Source: Squalus acanthias (Eukaryota). Taken from it: a DNA stretch of 64,000 nt. Both the position numbers and the translations under genes were made by a program. The stretch spans positions 41,604,001-41,668,000 of the forward strand of contig CM059432.1 in the NCBI GenBank assembly GCA_030390025.1, in the 5' to 3' direction. Under the pieces are notes generated by a model, which saw nothing but the letters and a program-made list of their open reading frames with translations, was not told the DNA's origin and did no database searches. The stretch's first letter is position 1. Each line of letters starts with the position of its first letter. Below are positions 10,691 to 23,111 of the stretch, in pieces.

Positions 10691-12340
10691 GGGAAAGCAA
10701 CTGTGTATCTCCTTAACCAATCAGTTTGAAGAATCATTAATAAGCAGTGCAAAGTTTGAACCAGGAAGTGTCAGTTAGAATATTGAATTCAATGTTAAAT
10801 CGGATACGGAAAGCAAAATAAAAGAGGGGCAGAAATATTGGATTAGGAGAGAGAGAGAGAAGACACAGAAGGATGAAGTAAAACAATGTTTTAAAAATCT
10901 CCAACAATAATTAAAATCTTGAGGAATGAGACTCCACACTTCTAAAAGTTAATTTTCAGTGCCAGAGAGATTGTTTGGCAGTAATTAAGGCTTACCATGC
11001 CGTTAAAAGGGTACTTTTAGGGACAAGCCCTAACTTTTTCTGGCGAGTTTAATGCATAGATCAGGTAAGTACAGCAACTTCTCGTTGTTTCATGTATTTC
11101 AATGGTGAGTCTCTCGGCGAGATACCATTATCGCATAGCTTTTGGAGGAGCAGGGCATCTCTGACAGCAACTTCCTGATTTATGAATTTAACTGCACATG
11201 TGCAGTCGCTGGAAGTTGCTGTCCAATTTACACATTAATAACGGTAAGCGCCGTTAGCCTCATCATTATTTTTACCTCAAAATCCAGACCATAAATTTTG
11301 TATTTGGTCTTTTACTAGTGGAGCCAAAACTAACAGCACACAGGACATAGCTAGGAGCAACTCTAGTACTTTAAAAAACTTTTTGAACATTTTAAAATCA
11401 ACCTTATAATAAAGTTAATAACCCATAATCGTTAAAGTGTATTTATTAAAACCACAATAAATAGTTGTCACCAAAGCAGATACAATGATCGACAGCACAG
11501 AGTATACAACAGTCAGTAACTGTTTGAATATAAAACCAGGATACAATACTGTGTCTTTGTCAGCATAACTTGCAACAGGCTTTGTCCATTCACCATGCAG
11601 CAATTCTTTTCTACGAAACCTTTAGATACACCAAGAGCTGTGATGTAACAGATATTTTATTTCCTCAGAGAAACAACAAGGTGCAATCACTGCTCTTTAT
11701 ATGGCTCCACTATGAGTTAATGATGCCAATAGGCTGAACAGTGCAGATAAAATTCAACATGCATAAATGTATATTGCACACAAGAAAAAATAATGGGCAG
11801 TAAAAATATTCTTATGGATGATAGAGTTACACTAAAGGTGAAGTTAAGAACATGAGTATACTCGCTGCTTAACATGTCCATTCACTGGAGCAATTAGATA
11901 GTGTTTGATGTGCGCATGCGCAAACCCGGGTGCTGTGCATATATGTTTGAGCTGCTTTATTAATCATACTGTAACAATAATGACAAATACAATACTGAAC
12001 TGTATAGCCAAAACAATACAGGGCAAAGGATGAGATGCTAAAACTGTACAGTGCTCTGATCAGATGCCACCTCAAGTAGTGTCCAGTGTTGGTGATCAGA
12101 GAAGAGCTTTGAGACTGATACGCAGTGCCAGAGTGATGAGTAATGAGGAAAGACTGGAAACAATGATTTATTTGTCCTTGAAAGGGAGTGTATCAGAGGG
12201 ATGTCACAGAAGTATTAATACACTAAAATGGGACAAAGAAAGTAAATCTGGAACAATTCTTCAAGTTAAACTGGCACAGGATAAAAGAACAAAGGTTCAA
12301 ACAAAAAGCAAATGTAGGACTTTTTTCAGGAAGTTATTCT

Positions 12341-13953
12341 TTGGTAATAATTTTCCAAAATTCCCTGGACTCAGCAAAGGTCCCGGCAGATTGGAAAACT
12401 GCTAATGTAACACCCTTATTTAAAAAGGGTAGTAGGCAGAAGGCTGGAAATTATAGACCAGTTAGTCTAACATCTGTGGTGGGTAAAATTTTGGAGTCTA
12501 TTATTAAGGAGACAGTAACGGAACATTTAGATAAACATAATTTAATAGGACAAAGTCAGCATGGCTTTATGAAGGGGAAGTCATGTCTGACAAATTTGCT
12601 CGAGTTCTTTGAGGACATAACGTACAGGGTGGATAAAGGGGAACCAACGGATGTAGTGTATTTAGACTTCCAGAAGGCATTCGACAAGGTGCCACATAAA
12701 AGATTATTACTCAAGATAAAAAATCACTGGATTGGGGGTAATATTCTGGCATGGGTGGAGGATTGGTTATCTAACAGGAAGCAGAGAGTTGGGATAAATG
12801 GTTCATTCTCGGACTGGCAACCAGTAGCCAGTGGTGTTCCGCAGGGGTCGGTGCTGGGTCCCCAACTCTTTACAATCTATATTAACGATTTGGAGGAGGG
12901 GACCGAGTGTAACATATCAAAGTTTGCAGATGATACAAAGATGGGAGGGAAAGTAGAAAGTGAGGAGGACATAAAAAACCTACAAGGGGATATAGACAAG
13001 CTGGGTGAGTGGGCGGAGATTTGGCAGATGCAATACAATATTGGAAAATGTGAGGTTATGCACTTTGGCAGGAAAAATCAGAGAGCAAGTTATTATCTTA
13101 ATGGCGAGAAACTGGAAAGTACTGCAGTAATAAGGGATCTGGGGGTCCTAGTGCAAGAAAATCAAAAAGTTAGTATGCAGGTGCAGCAGGTGATCAAGAA
13201 GGCCAACGGAATGTTGGCTTTTATTGCTAGGGGGATAGATTATAAAAACAGGGAGGTATTGCTGCAGTTATATAAGGTATTGGTGAGACCGCATCTGGAA
13301 TACTGCATACAGTTTTGGTGTCCATACTTAAGAAGACATACTTGCTCTCGAGGCAGTACAAAGAAGGTTCACTCGGTTAATCCCCGGGATGAGGGGGTGG
13401 ACATATGAGGAGAGGTTGAGTAGATTGGGACTCTACTCATTGGAGTTCAGAAGAGTGAGAGGCGATCTTATTGAAACATACAAGATTGTGAAGGGGCTTG
13501 ATCGGGTGGATGCGGTAAGGATGTTCCCAAGGATGGGTGAAACTAGAACTAGGGGGCATAATCTTCGAATAAGGGGCTGCTCTTTCAAAGCTGAGATGAG
13601 GAGAAACTTCTTCACTCAGAGGGTAGTAGGTCTGTGGAATTTGCTGCCCCAGGAAGCTGTGGAAGCTACATCATTAAATAAATTAAAAACAGAAATAGAC
13701 AGTTTCCTAGAAGTAAAGGGAATTAGGGGTTACGGGGAGCGGGCAGGAAATTGGACATGAGGCTGAGTTCGGATCGGTCGAGGCCCTATGGGTGGCGTAG
13801 CGGGCCCAGGGGCTGAGTGGCCGGGTCCTGCTCCTACTTCTTGTGTTCTTTAGATTTGAGGTGAGGATCAGATCAGCCATGATCTTATTGAATGGCGGAG
13901 CAGGCTCGAAGGGCCGATTGGCCTACTCCTGCTCCTATTTCTTATGTTCTTAT
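12341..13953 (+). mobile_element. 5'-truncated CR1 LINE (same subfamily as 2863-8725), inserted in an older LINE remnant
   Basis: RT ORFs 12341-13408 and 13389-13760 (one frameshift); duplicated 3' module; TTATTC on both flanks. Confidence 0.92.
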
Positions 13954-14460
13954 TCCACACACACAGTGATCAACATGTAAAATGGACATCCAAGTAGGAT
14001 AGCAGATGCAAAATATTGAATCATTTAAGAAACAGATGTTGTGATTGGGGAAGGTGGAGGGAGGAAAAGATAGAAACTTGGTTCTTTCTGAATGTTACCT
14101 TAGATGGGATAAATGGCCTTCTTCATCCATATCCATCGGTTGAGCACATACACACGCGTGTAAACCTTATTAAAAGTTTTGGGTTAATAGAGTTTTATGT
14201 CTCAATTAGGCACTGTAATATTCTGGAGATTTATTAACCTTTTGATGGTTAATCACCTCTCTATGCAATATCAGCACAGCAGTATACAGTGTAGCTTTTT
14301 CTGAATTGCCAGCATAGCTTTACAATACTCCATATACATACTAAGCTACCCTTTCAATATTACTCTAGGTTGTTACTGATGCAAATATAGAAACAGGAGT
14401 TGTAAAAAAACAGCCCAGCAATGCAGTTCCCTTTAATTTCTTTCCTGTAAGAAATACATC

Positions 14461-15621
14461 TGTAAGCTTCGCAAAATTCCCCAGAAACTCATATAAGGGG
14501 TGATTTTTGGATTTTTCCTACGAATTTGGGATGATGGGACCTAAGTGAAGTGATTTGAGGTAAAAACCTCAGTTTTGGACATTTTAAAGATCAGGGAATA
14601 AAAACCCGGAGGAAAAATGACTTTTGAAAATGACTATGGGGAAAAACACCTTTCACAGACACAAGACAGGCTGCGAAGGGGTGTGGCGAGGCAGTGGACA
14701 GCTTTTGGAGTCAAGCTGTCTGGAATTTGTTTGCACTGCAATCCAGGCAGGAGGAAGAACCTCACAACACATCCAAAATTGAATAATTCAAGACACCTTT
14801 TGAAAATCCCCAGGCCCAGTCAAGAAACCCAAAACACGAGGACAATGCAAACTCCAATTAAACAACAGATCGACAGGACGCAAGCCATTTGACACTTAGC
14901 AAAGTCGTTACTGTTGACGAGGTCTTACAATGACCAGGATTTAATTTGGTTTTGACAAGGCCACTTCAATTTAGTATAATTGAAGGCCCATCAAGCAGTT
15001 ACAACAGTTGAAGTTCTCCAGTAAAGAGTTCAAGTTCAACAGAATTCAAAGCCTGTGTTGAACAGAGTTCAGAACAAGCAGGCAGAAGGCAGTTTCCACA
15101 GTTCTGCAAGAAGGCAGTTCTACAGCTCGGAAGAAGACAGTTTAAACAGAGGCAGAGTTACAGCAAGAAGTTCAACAAAGAAGGCCAACAACTTCACAAG
15201 CAGACCGACACGCAAGAAGAAACCAGAGCGACTGCCTCAGTGACCATCGGACACCTCGCAGCAACAAGGGCCTTACGAAACCTTTTACTCAAAAGACTCT
15301 AAACCCTAACTCTCAACTGTCAAGGATTCGTTTGGTGAGCATTATCCCTGGTTCTCCAGAGTCCAACCTAGCTAGTGAAGTGGGATTGGGAGGGGTGAAG
15401 TATTCTCCTAATGTTATTTCCCTTGCTTGTACCTTTAGAGTGATTGTGTTGTGTTTTACTTCCTTGAATAAAAGTCAAAGTTCTTTCATCAAACCTGTTG
15501 TCTACTGCACCTTTATTCACAACCCCTAAATAAGTCCAAGGTCTAGAACCAGGGGCATGGGAGCGATTCGAACCGCTCACTGAGTCAGAGGTGAGGCTGA
15601 CCCCATACACCACCCCCTACA
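14461..15621 (+). mobile_element. Solo LTR
   Basis: TGTA...TACA termini, 4-bp TSD CATC (14457-14460, 15622-15625), AATAAA near 15467; second copy inverted at 49874-55159. Confidence 0.85.
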
Positions 15622-17437
15622 CATCAGAATTATGTTTCAAATAGTATTGTGCACCAAGATATATACATATATACTAAATACAGATCTCCCTTTAACAAAA
15701 GGGGTGAATAAATCCAATTTTAAAAACTACTTATTCATGACTGTAGCTATGTTGTGTAGTTAGCCCACTTTTATCATACACATATATTCACCCGTACTAC
15801 AGTATAAATAGCAATGTAATCTGTAACAAGAATCAATACCTATGAGGATCCATTCAAAAGAAAAAATGGATCTGCCTTCCTTTATTGCTCAGATGGCAAA
15901 AATCAACCATAAAAATACTGAAATGAAACAAATACAAACCATGTATCTCTGTTAAATTCAGGATCCCTGGTTTCAAGCATCTGACCTGTAGGGTGCTTAT
16001 AAATTGCATAAAAGAAATAGGATAGTCAGGACGTTCCCACAAACATAAGATAGCTATTCAAGTGACAAATAGAATCCAGAGCAATATACAATATTACCTT
16101 CCATATTTCACAGCCTAGGATTATTTAGAGGACAGACTAATAGTTAAGTGACCTAAAAGATTAAAAGGTAGTTTAACCTTATTCATACCACATGCTTCGT
16201 AACTGTCAGTTCTTTAGTTTACAACTTATTTTGCTGCAGTGGTGTAATTTGACAACACCAAAATGATAAATCACAGTACTCCAGGCCATTCAAACATCAT
16301 GCTCCACCATCAAAAGTACATTGCCAATCGCCTAAGATTTGCATGGAATGTACACTATCTTCCAAAATGGACTCCAATTTTATATCAGCTCTCATATTTG
16401 CCTGTAAAATATTTGAACAAAGAGCTCAAAACACTCCAAAAATCTAATATTTATTGAGCCAGATATATATATTTTTTTACAGAGGGACAGTTTCCCCCCT
16501 GTAGATCTTAAGTGGATATTTAATAACTTATATTTTTGCTTTATTACCATACACAGTTTTCCTGTGTATGGTAATAAAGCAAAAATTACAGTACACATTA
16601 AAAAAAAACACAATTTTGAGACTTCCTTCACTTATCCCTCTCCTGAGTATATACACGATAAATCTTAGGACGGGAGGTTGAAAACAGAAGACAATACTTT
16701 CCACATACCATTATAAAATTACAATTACAATAATCTTCCAACAGCAGTGTAGTGGATGTTACAATCTTTACTGCAGGAACAATGGTTGTTGTTGACAGAA
16801 ATCCTGTAGTACAATAAAACTAGTGAACTCAATTCTTAAAGAAACTATTTATTAAAATGTTATTTGCCTTAATAATTACTCCTGTAGCACAAAATGCAAA
16901 CTGTAGTGTACTATCAAAGTGGCTTTAAACAAACAACCTGCAGTTATATTTTAAATTCAGATTATAGAAACCCAGTATCTGAACTAGAATATAAAAAAAC
17001 TACAAACACTACCAACTGTTCCATTTCCACCTTCCAAATCAATTATAGGTAACAAAGCAATTGCATTCAATATTACTTTACAATATCTCATTGCATGAAA
17101 CTTATTGTAATTTACAGAAATAGGGCTATAAACATGACCTTATTTTCAATTCCATTGTACCTGGTTACCCTCAATTAAACTAGTTTCCATCGTATACAAA
17201 GCTAAATGTTTAATGATAAGCACATCAGCTTATACCTTCCTAGTTTCTTTACAACAGATATATTGGAGCATTGCAGAGATGTTCCAACTTATTAACTTCG
17301 AACAGCTAACCACCTAGTTCCGCTTCCAGAGTTCAAGCGATCACAAATAATGACATAACTGCACTAATGTTTGGTTAGATCAAAAATAAATGTGTTAATC
17401 ACAATTATGCTACAATTCATTAACTAATTTTTGCATC

Positions 17438-17596
17438 CAAAGCAAAATACTGCAGATGCTGGAAATCTGAAATAAAAACAGAAAATGCTGGAAATGCTTT
17501 CTGAAAGGTAATCGACCTGAAACATTAACTCTTCTTTCTCTCTCCACAGATGCTGCTTGACCTGCTGAGTATTTCTAGCATTTTCTGTTTTTATTT
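17438..17596. mobile_element. Penelope pLTR-derived hairpin insertion (family A) in the PDP1 3' region
   Basis: Inverted 26-bp arms 17470-17495 / 17571-17596; same sequence family as 23112-23215 and 44645-44875; possible TSD ATCCAAA. Confidence 0.8.
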
Positions 17597-17642
17597 AAAT
17601 ATCCAAACTTTTGTTGACCTATGTTCACATAAATGCTACATT

Positions 17643-19268
17643 TTAGTTTTCTGCATTATGCTTGTAATGTGTATTTATAACATGAGAATTAAACTGCACT
17701 ACTGTCACAGTTATATCATCTCTGTACATTCTTGCCAGTTCTTCAGGAAGACTTAGCATCTTGGACAATCGCTCATGATCAATAGCCCCAAACTCATTGT
17801 GACCAACTGCATGCCGTATAAGATGAGTTGCAGAATTTTGATCTTCAAACGCAGACGAAATGCGAGCTCTTCTCTCCATTAATAGGCCATGCATCTGACC
17901 AAGAGTCACTTTGTAACCCCCAACGGAAATAGGTTGCTGTAGGTGGACACCAGTTAGATGCTCCCCAACAATTCTCACAACTTCCTGTCTATGTAATATT
18001 TCCCACAGACCATCTGTGGCTAATACAAGGAATTTGTCCTGAGGCCTTAGTTTATGGTAAGTGATTTCAGGTTCAGCTGTTAGATATGGGGGAGTGTGAT
18101 AATTAGGTGGGATAAATTTTGTACATTCATTCTCATGTAACAGCTCTGGGCCAGACTCCAGTACCCGCTTCTGCAGATCTATGCTCCACTTGAATTTAAC
18201 ATCTCCAAAAGCTCTAAATGGCATTAGCAAGGCAAGCAGACGGTCTTGTTTAACAACAGTTTTTGCTTCAGATTTTGGGTGTTCAGATTTAACCCTTTCC
18301 ACTTCACTCTCATTCTGTGCATTGTGGTCATTGGACAGTGTGAGTGCAGACCAGGTTCCATCCTCTTCTTGAACACCAAGCACAGCTCTGCTGTCTCCAG
18401 TATTTGCAATGTGCAAGTCTACACCATCTATGTGTGCAACGCAAGCAGTTGCACCAGAAAATGCCACTCGCAACTGCCAATAATTGAGAAAGGAGTTACT
18501 ATTACCCACTTGAGCTTCCAATGAAATATCATTATCAAGTCTTTTGAATGAATTTATCAAAGCTTCCATTGTATCAGGTGTCTCCTCATTGTAGAGGTCA
18601 ATTAGCTCTTGCCAGTAGGTTCTTAGGCTATCAAAGTACATTTTCGAAGCCTCCTTACTGAAGTAGTCATTAGGATGTTTGTGCCACTGTAAAAGTGGCA
18701 ATACAACACTGCCATTTTCAACTGCATTCTCTATTTCCAATAAGGTTTCCTGATGTAGCAAAGCAACAGTAATATAGTAAAACAGTCGTTCGCTGACTGC
18801 CTGTGCACAGGCACACCCTGCATGTCCATCTATAACACTCAACAGCATGCCTCTGGTCTGCAGACAGGTAGCTGCACACCTTCGATCTTCAACTGGAGAA
18901 TTAGATGGCAACTGGTTAGTATCAAAACCCAGAACAGAACTAACATTCTTGCCATCAAATTCAGGTACCTTAAAACTGTACTCATTTGCCTTCAGGATGC
19001 TGTTAACTTGAGGAGGAGTAAGGCTGTAAAACTGTGCAACTGTGGTCCTGTAGTTCCTTAATTGGAAATGACCGAATGAATCTTCTGGATTGCCCCATCT
19101 GAGTAAGGATCTTGGAAAAGTCTTCTGCAGGGATCTGCCTGCTGTATGTCGACCGACTTGAGTAGATAGGCAACTATGGAGGATGTGATGGCGGCAAGCC
19201 GTGGCACATACCCTGCTTATCTCTCCATTTCTAAGTGCTGGAAACACAAGCTGCATTGGCACCAACAT
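17643..19268 (-). CDS. PDP1: Pyruvate dehydrogenase phosphatase catalytic subunit 1, mitochondrial (PP2C/PPM family), single coding exon, 541 aa
   Basis: Basic N-terminal presequence, then LTPPQVNSILKANEYSFKVPEFDGKN, EDRR, DGHAG, LQWHKHPNDYFSKEAS, ANTGDSRA, MPFRAFGD, LATDGLWE, RMYRDDIT, matching vertebrate PDP1 as I recall it. Acceptor TTTTGATAG|G puts the exon start at 19316. Confidence 0.96.
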   Translation of the reverse strand: MLVPMQLVFPALRNGEISRVCATACRHHILHSCLSTQVGRHTAGRSLQKTFPRSLLRWGNPEDSFGHFQLRNYRTTVAQFYSLTPPQVNSILKANEYSFKVPEFDGKNVSSVLGFDTNQLPSNSPVEDRRCAATCLQTRGMLLSVIDGHAGCACAQAVSERLFYYITVALLHQETLLEIENAVENGSVVLPLLQWHKHPNDYFSKEASKMYFDSLRTYWQELIDLYNEETPDTMEALINSFKRLDNDISLEAQVGNSNSFLNYWQLRVAFSGATACVAHIDGVDLHIANTGDSRAVLGVQEEDGTWSALTLSNDHNAQNESEVERVKSEHPKSEAKTVVKQDRLLALLMPFRAFGDVKFKWSIDLQKRVLESGPELLHENECTKFIPPNYHTPPYLTAEPEITYHKLRPQDKFLVLATDGLWEILHRQEVVRIVGEHLTGVHLQQPISVGGYKVTLGQMHGLLMERRARISSAFEDQNSATHLIRHAVGHNEFGAIDHERLSKMLSLPEELARMYRDDITVTVVQFNSHVINTHYKHNAEN

Positions 19269-19934
19269 TTCACCAGGCTAAAATGGTGTACAAAGAGACA
19301 AATTTTCCAGCATTTCCTATCAAAACAAGGGAAAAAAATGAATTAGCTCTTTGTTGTACCACGAATTAACCCATTACCCAAATGTGCAAAACAAAGTAAA
19401 AATACCTATTAAAAAATAGTTTTACATGGTTTAATTATTAAAACCATTACCCCGGAAAGCATTTTCACATTTGTTGAAAGGTTTGAGTACTGCAAGACAA
19501 TCAGATATTAATATATAATATACTAATAGCCGCTAGATTGAGCTTCACATTGAAGGAAAAGGTTATGCTTCCTGCAGCTATAGGTTTGTTTCACTTACAT
19601 CAGACATGTAACTAATCACTTAGGAAAGTTGATTTTTTTTAAAAGAGTGACTTCTCAAAAATGTATATTCATATTCAACGAAGCCAATGTGCATTTTATT
19701 GCTCAGTACTTGTACGAGGAGTACACAGAGAGAGGTGGATTTTAAAGAGAAAAACAGACAGCAGTATTCTAGCTGTTAAAACCCAATCCAACTAATACAA
19801 AGTGTCCCAAACCTCTTCCACCATGAATAAAATCATGTTTAGTAAAAATTAAAATCTTAAAGAATAAAGACTACTTCTCAGCAGTTTAATGAATGTCTTA
19901 ATAAAAATGTTTACCGAACTTTCAATTCCAAGCT

Positions 19935-20025
19935 TTCAGTTCTACCTGAAACGTTAACTCTGTTTCTCTCTCCACAGATGCTGCATGATCTACTGAATGT
20001 TTTCAGCACTTGGTTTTTATTTTAG
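19935..20025 (+). mobile_element. Penelope pLTR fragment (family A), hammerhead core partly deleted
   Basis: CAGTTCT..ACCTGAAACGTTAACTCTGTTTCTCTCTCCACAGATGCTGC, shared with 23112-23215 and 44645-44875. Confidence 0.7.
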
Positions 20026-20248
20026 TTATAAGCCATTACTAAACATCTTGGCCTGGAATTTGCAGTCAGCAGTGAAGTGATGGCAATCGCTGCTGACCTC
20101 GAAGAAAGCTGCCCACAAAGATTTCACAATCTCTGTGGCGAAAACTTTAGCTTTCTCAACGTTAATTTGATTGTAGCGCTGCCTATAGGAGATATCCAGC
20201 ATCCCGCAGCAGTGATGTCATCAAACTGACTAAGCAGCCAGCCACATT

Positions 20249-22972
20249 AACATAAGAAATAGGAGCAGGAGTAGGCCACTTTGCCCCTCGAGCCTGCTCC
20301 GCCATTCAATAAGATCATGGCTGATCTTGGGCTCAAAGCCACTTCCCCGCCCGCTCCCCATAACCCTTCACTCCCTTATCTTGCAAAAATTTGTCTATCT
20401 CCACCTTAAATGTATTTAATGACCCAGCCTCCACGGCTCTCTGGGGCAGAGAATTCCACAGATTTACGACCCTCAGAGAAGAAATTCCTCCTCATCTCAG
20501 TTCTAAAAGGGCGACCCTTTATTCTAAAACTGTGCCCCCACGTTCTAGATTTCCCCACGAGGGGAAACATCCTCTCTGCATCTATCTTGTCGTGCCCCCT
20601 CAGTATCTTATATGTTTCAATAAGATCACCTCTCATTCTTCTAAATTCCAATGAGTATAGGCCCAGCCTGCTCAACCTTTCCTCATAAGTCAACCCCCTC
20701 ATCTCTGGAATTAACCTAGTGAATCGTCTCTGAACTGCCTCCAATGCAAGTATATCCTTCCTTAAATAAGGAGACCAAAACTGTACGCAGTACTCAAGGT
20801 GTGGTCTCACCAATACCCTGTACAGTTGTAGCAGGACTTCCCTGCTTTTATACTCCAACCCCTTTGAAATAAAGGCCAACATTCCATTTGCCTTTTTGAT
20901 TATTTGCTGTACCTGCATGCTAACTTTGTGTGTTTCATGCACAAGGACCCCCAGGTCCCTCTGAACTGTAGCATTTTGTAATCTTTCTCCATTTAAATAA
21001 TAATTTGCTTTTTTATTTTTCCTGCCAAAGTGGATAACCTCGCACTTTCCCACAATATACTCCATCTGCCAAATGTTTGCCCATTCACTTAGCCTGTCTA
21101 TATCCCTTTGTAGGTTCTTTGAGTCCTCTGCACAACTTGCTTTCCCACCCATCTTTGCATCATCCGCGAACTTGGCTACATTACACTCGATCCCTTCATC
21201 CAAGTCATTAATGTAGATTGTAAATAGTTGAGGCCCCAGCACCGATCCCTGTGGCACCCCACTAGTTACCGTTTGCCAACCGGAAAATTACCCATTTATC
21301 CCAACTCTCTGCTTTCTGTTAGTTAGCCAATTCTCTATCTATGCTAATATATTACCCCCAATTCCGTGAGCTCTTATCTTATGCAGTAACCTTTTATGTG
21401 GCACCTTATTGAATGCCTTCTGGAAATCTAAATACACCACATCCACTGGTTCACCTTTGTCCACCCTGCTCGTTACCTCCTCAAAGAACTCCAGCAAGTT
21501 TGTTAAACATGATTTCCCATTCATAAAACCATGCTGATTCTGCTTGACTGCATTATGATTTTCCAAATGCCCTGCTACTGCTTTCTTAATGAAGGACTCC
21601 AGCATTTTCCCAACGACAGATGTTAGGCTAACTGGTCTATAGTTTCCTGCTTTCTGTCTCCCTCCTTTCTTAAATAGGGGTGTTACATTTGCGGTTTTCC
21701 AATCCGCTGGGACCTCTCCAGAGTTCAGGGAATTTTGGTATATTGCAACCAATGCATTCACTATCTCTGCAGCCATTTCTTTTAAGACCCTGGGATGCAG
21801 GCCATCTGGTCCAGGGGGCTTGTCATCTTTTAGTCCCATTATTTTACCGAGTACTATTTCCTTAGTGATAGTGATTGTCTTTAGTTCCCCCCTCCCTATG
21901 GCCCCTTGATTATCCATTATTGGGATGTTGTTAGTGTCTTCTACCGTGAAGACAGATACTAAATATTTGTTCAGAGTCTCTGCCACTTCCCCGTTTCCCA
22001 TTATTAATTTCCCAGTCTCATCCTCTAAGGGACCAACGTTTACTTTAGCTACTCTCTTCCTTTTTATATACCTGTAGAAGCTCTTACTATCTGTTTTAAT
22101 GTTTCTTGCCAGTTTACTCTCATAATTCATCTTCTCTCTCTATTAATTTTTTAACCATCTTTTGCTGTTTTTTAAAAAATTTCCCAATCCTCTGGTCTCC
22201 CACCAATCTTGGCAACATTGTATGCCTTCGTTTTCAATTTGATACCATCCTTTACTTCCTTAGTTAGCCACGGATGGTGCTCCCTTCTCTTAAAATCTCT
22301 CTTTCTCACTGGAATATATTTTTGTTGAGTTATGAAATATCTCCTTAAATGTCCGCCACTGCATTTCAACTGTCTTACCCTTTAATTTATTTTTCCAGTC
22401 CACTTTAGCCAGTTCTGCCCTCATTCTACTGTAATTGCCTTTGTTTAAGATCAGGACACTGGTTTGAGATACAACTTTCTCACCCTCCAACTGAATTTGA
22501 AATTCAACCATGCTATGATCACTCTTTCCTAGAGGATCCTTTACTATGAGATCATTTATTAATTCTGTCTCATAACATAGTACCAGATCCAAGATAGCCT
22601 GCTCCCTGGTTGGTTCCATTACATACTGTTCTAGGAAACCATCCTGGATGCACTCTATGAACTCCTCCTCAAGGCTACCATGGCCAATTTGATTTGTCCA
22701 ATCAATGTGGAGATTAAAATCACCCATGATTATTACCGTACTTTTTTTTAACAGGCCTCCATTATTTGTTGATTTATACTCTGTCCAACAGTATTGCTAC
22801 TGTTCGGGGGCCTGTAGACTACGCCCACCAGAGATTTTTTCCTTTTATTATTTTTTATCTCCACCCAAACCGATTCTACATCTTGATCTTCAGAGCCAAT
22901 ATCACTTCTCACCACTGCACTGATCCCATCCTTTACCAACAAAGCCACCCCACCTCCCTTTCCTTTCTGTCT
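20249..22972 (-). mobile_element. 5'-truncated, frameshifted CR1 LINE in the PDP1 intron
   Basis: APE/RT fragments in ORFs 20406-21257, 21339-22130, 22290-22727 and 22748-22948; CR1 tail at about 20249. Confidence 0.92.
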
Positions 22973-23111
22973 ATTGAAGAATTCACAGACAGAAATAAAC
23001 AGCCTTTATCCTTCACTTTTAACATTTTTTAGAGAGTGAAATAAAGATTGGGACATACACATGGGGTTAAGGTAGAAGCTGAAATATCAAACAAACTGTA
23101 ACATATATTTA

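Noticed and set aside
15560..15580. B-box/T-loop-like GGTTCGAATC hairpin in the LTR (also about 49923)
   Set aside because: No A box or cloverleaf; too short to call a tRNA or primer-binding site.
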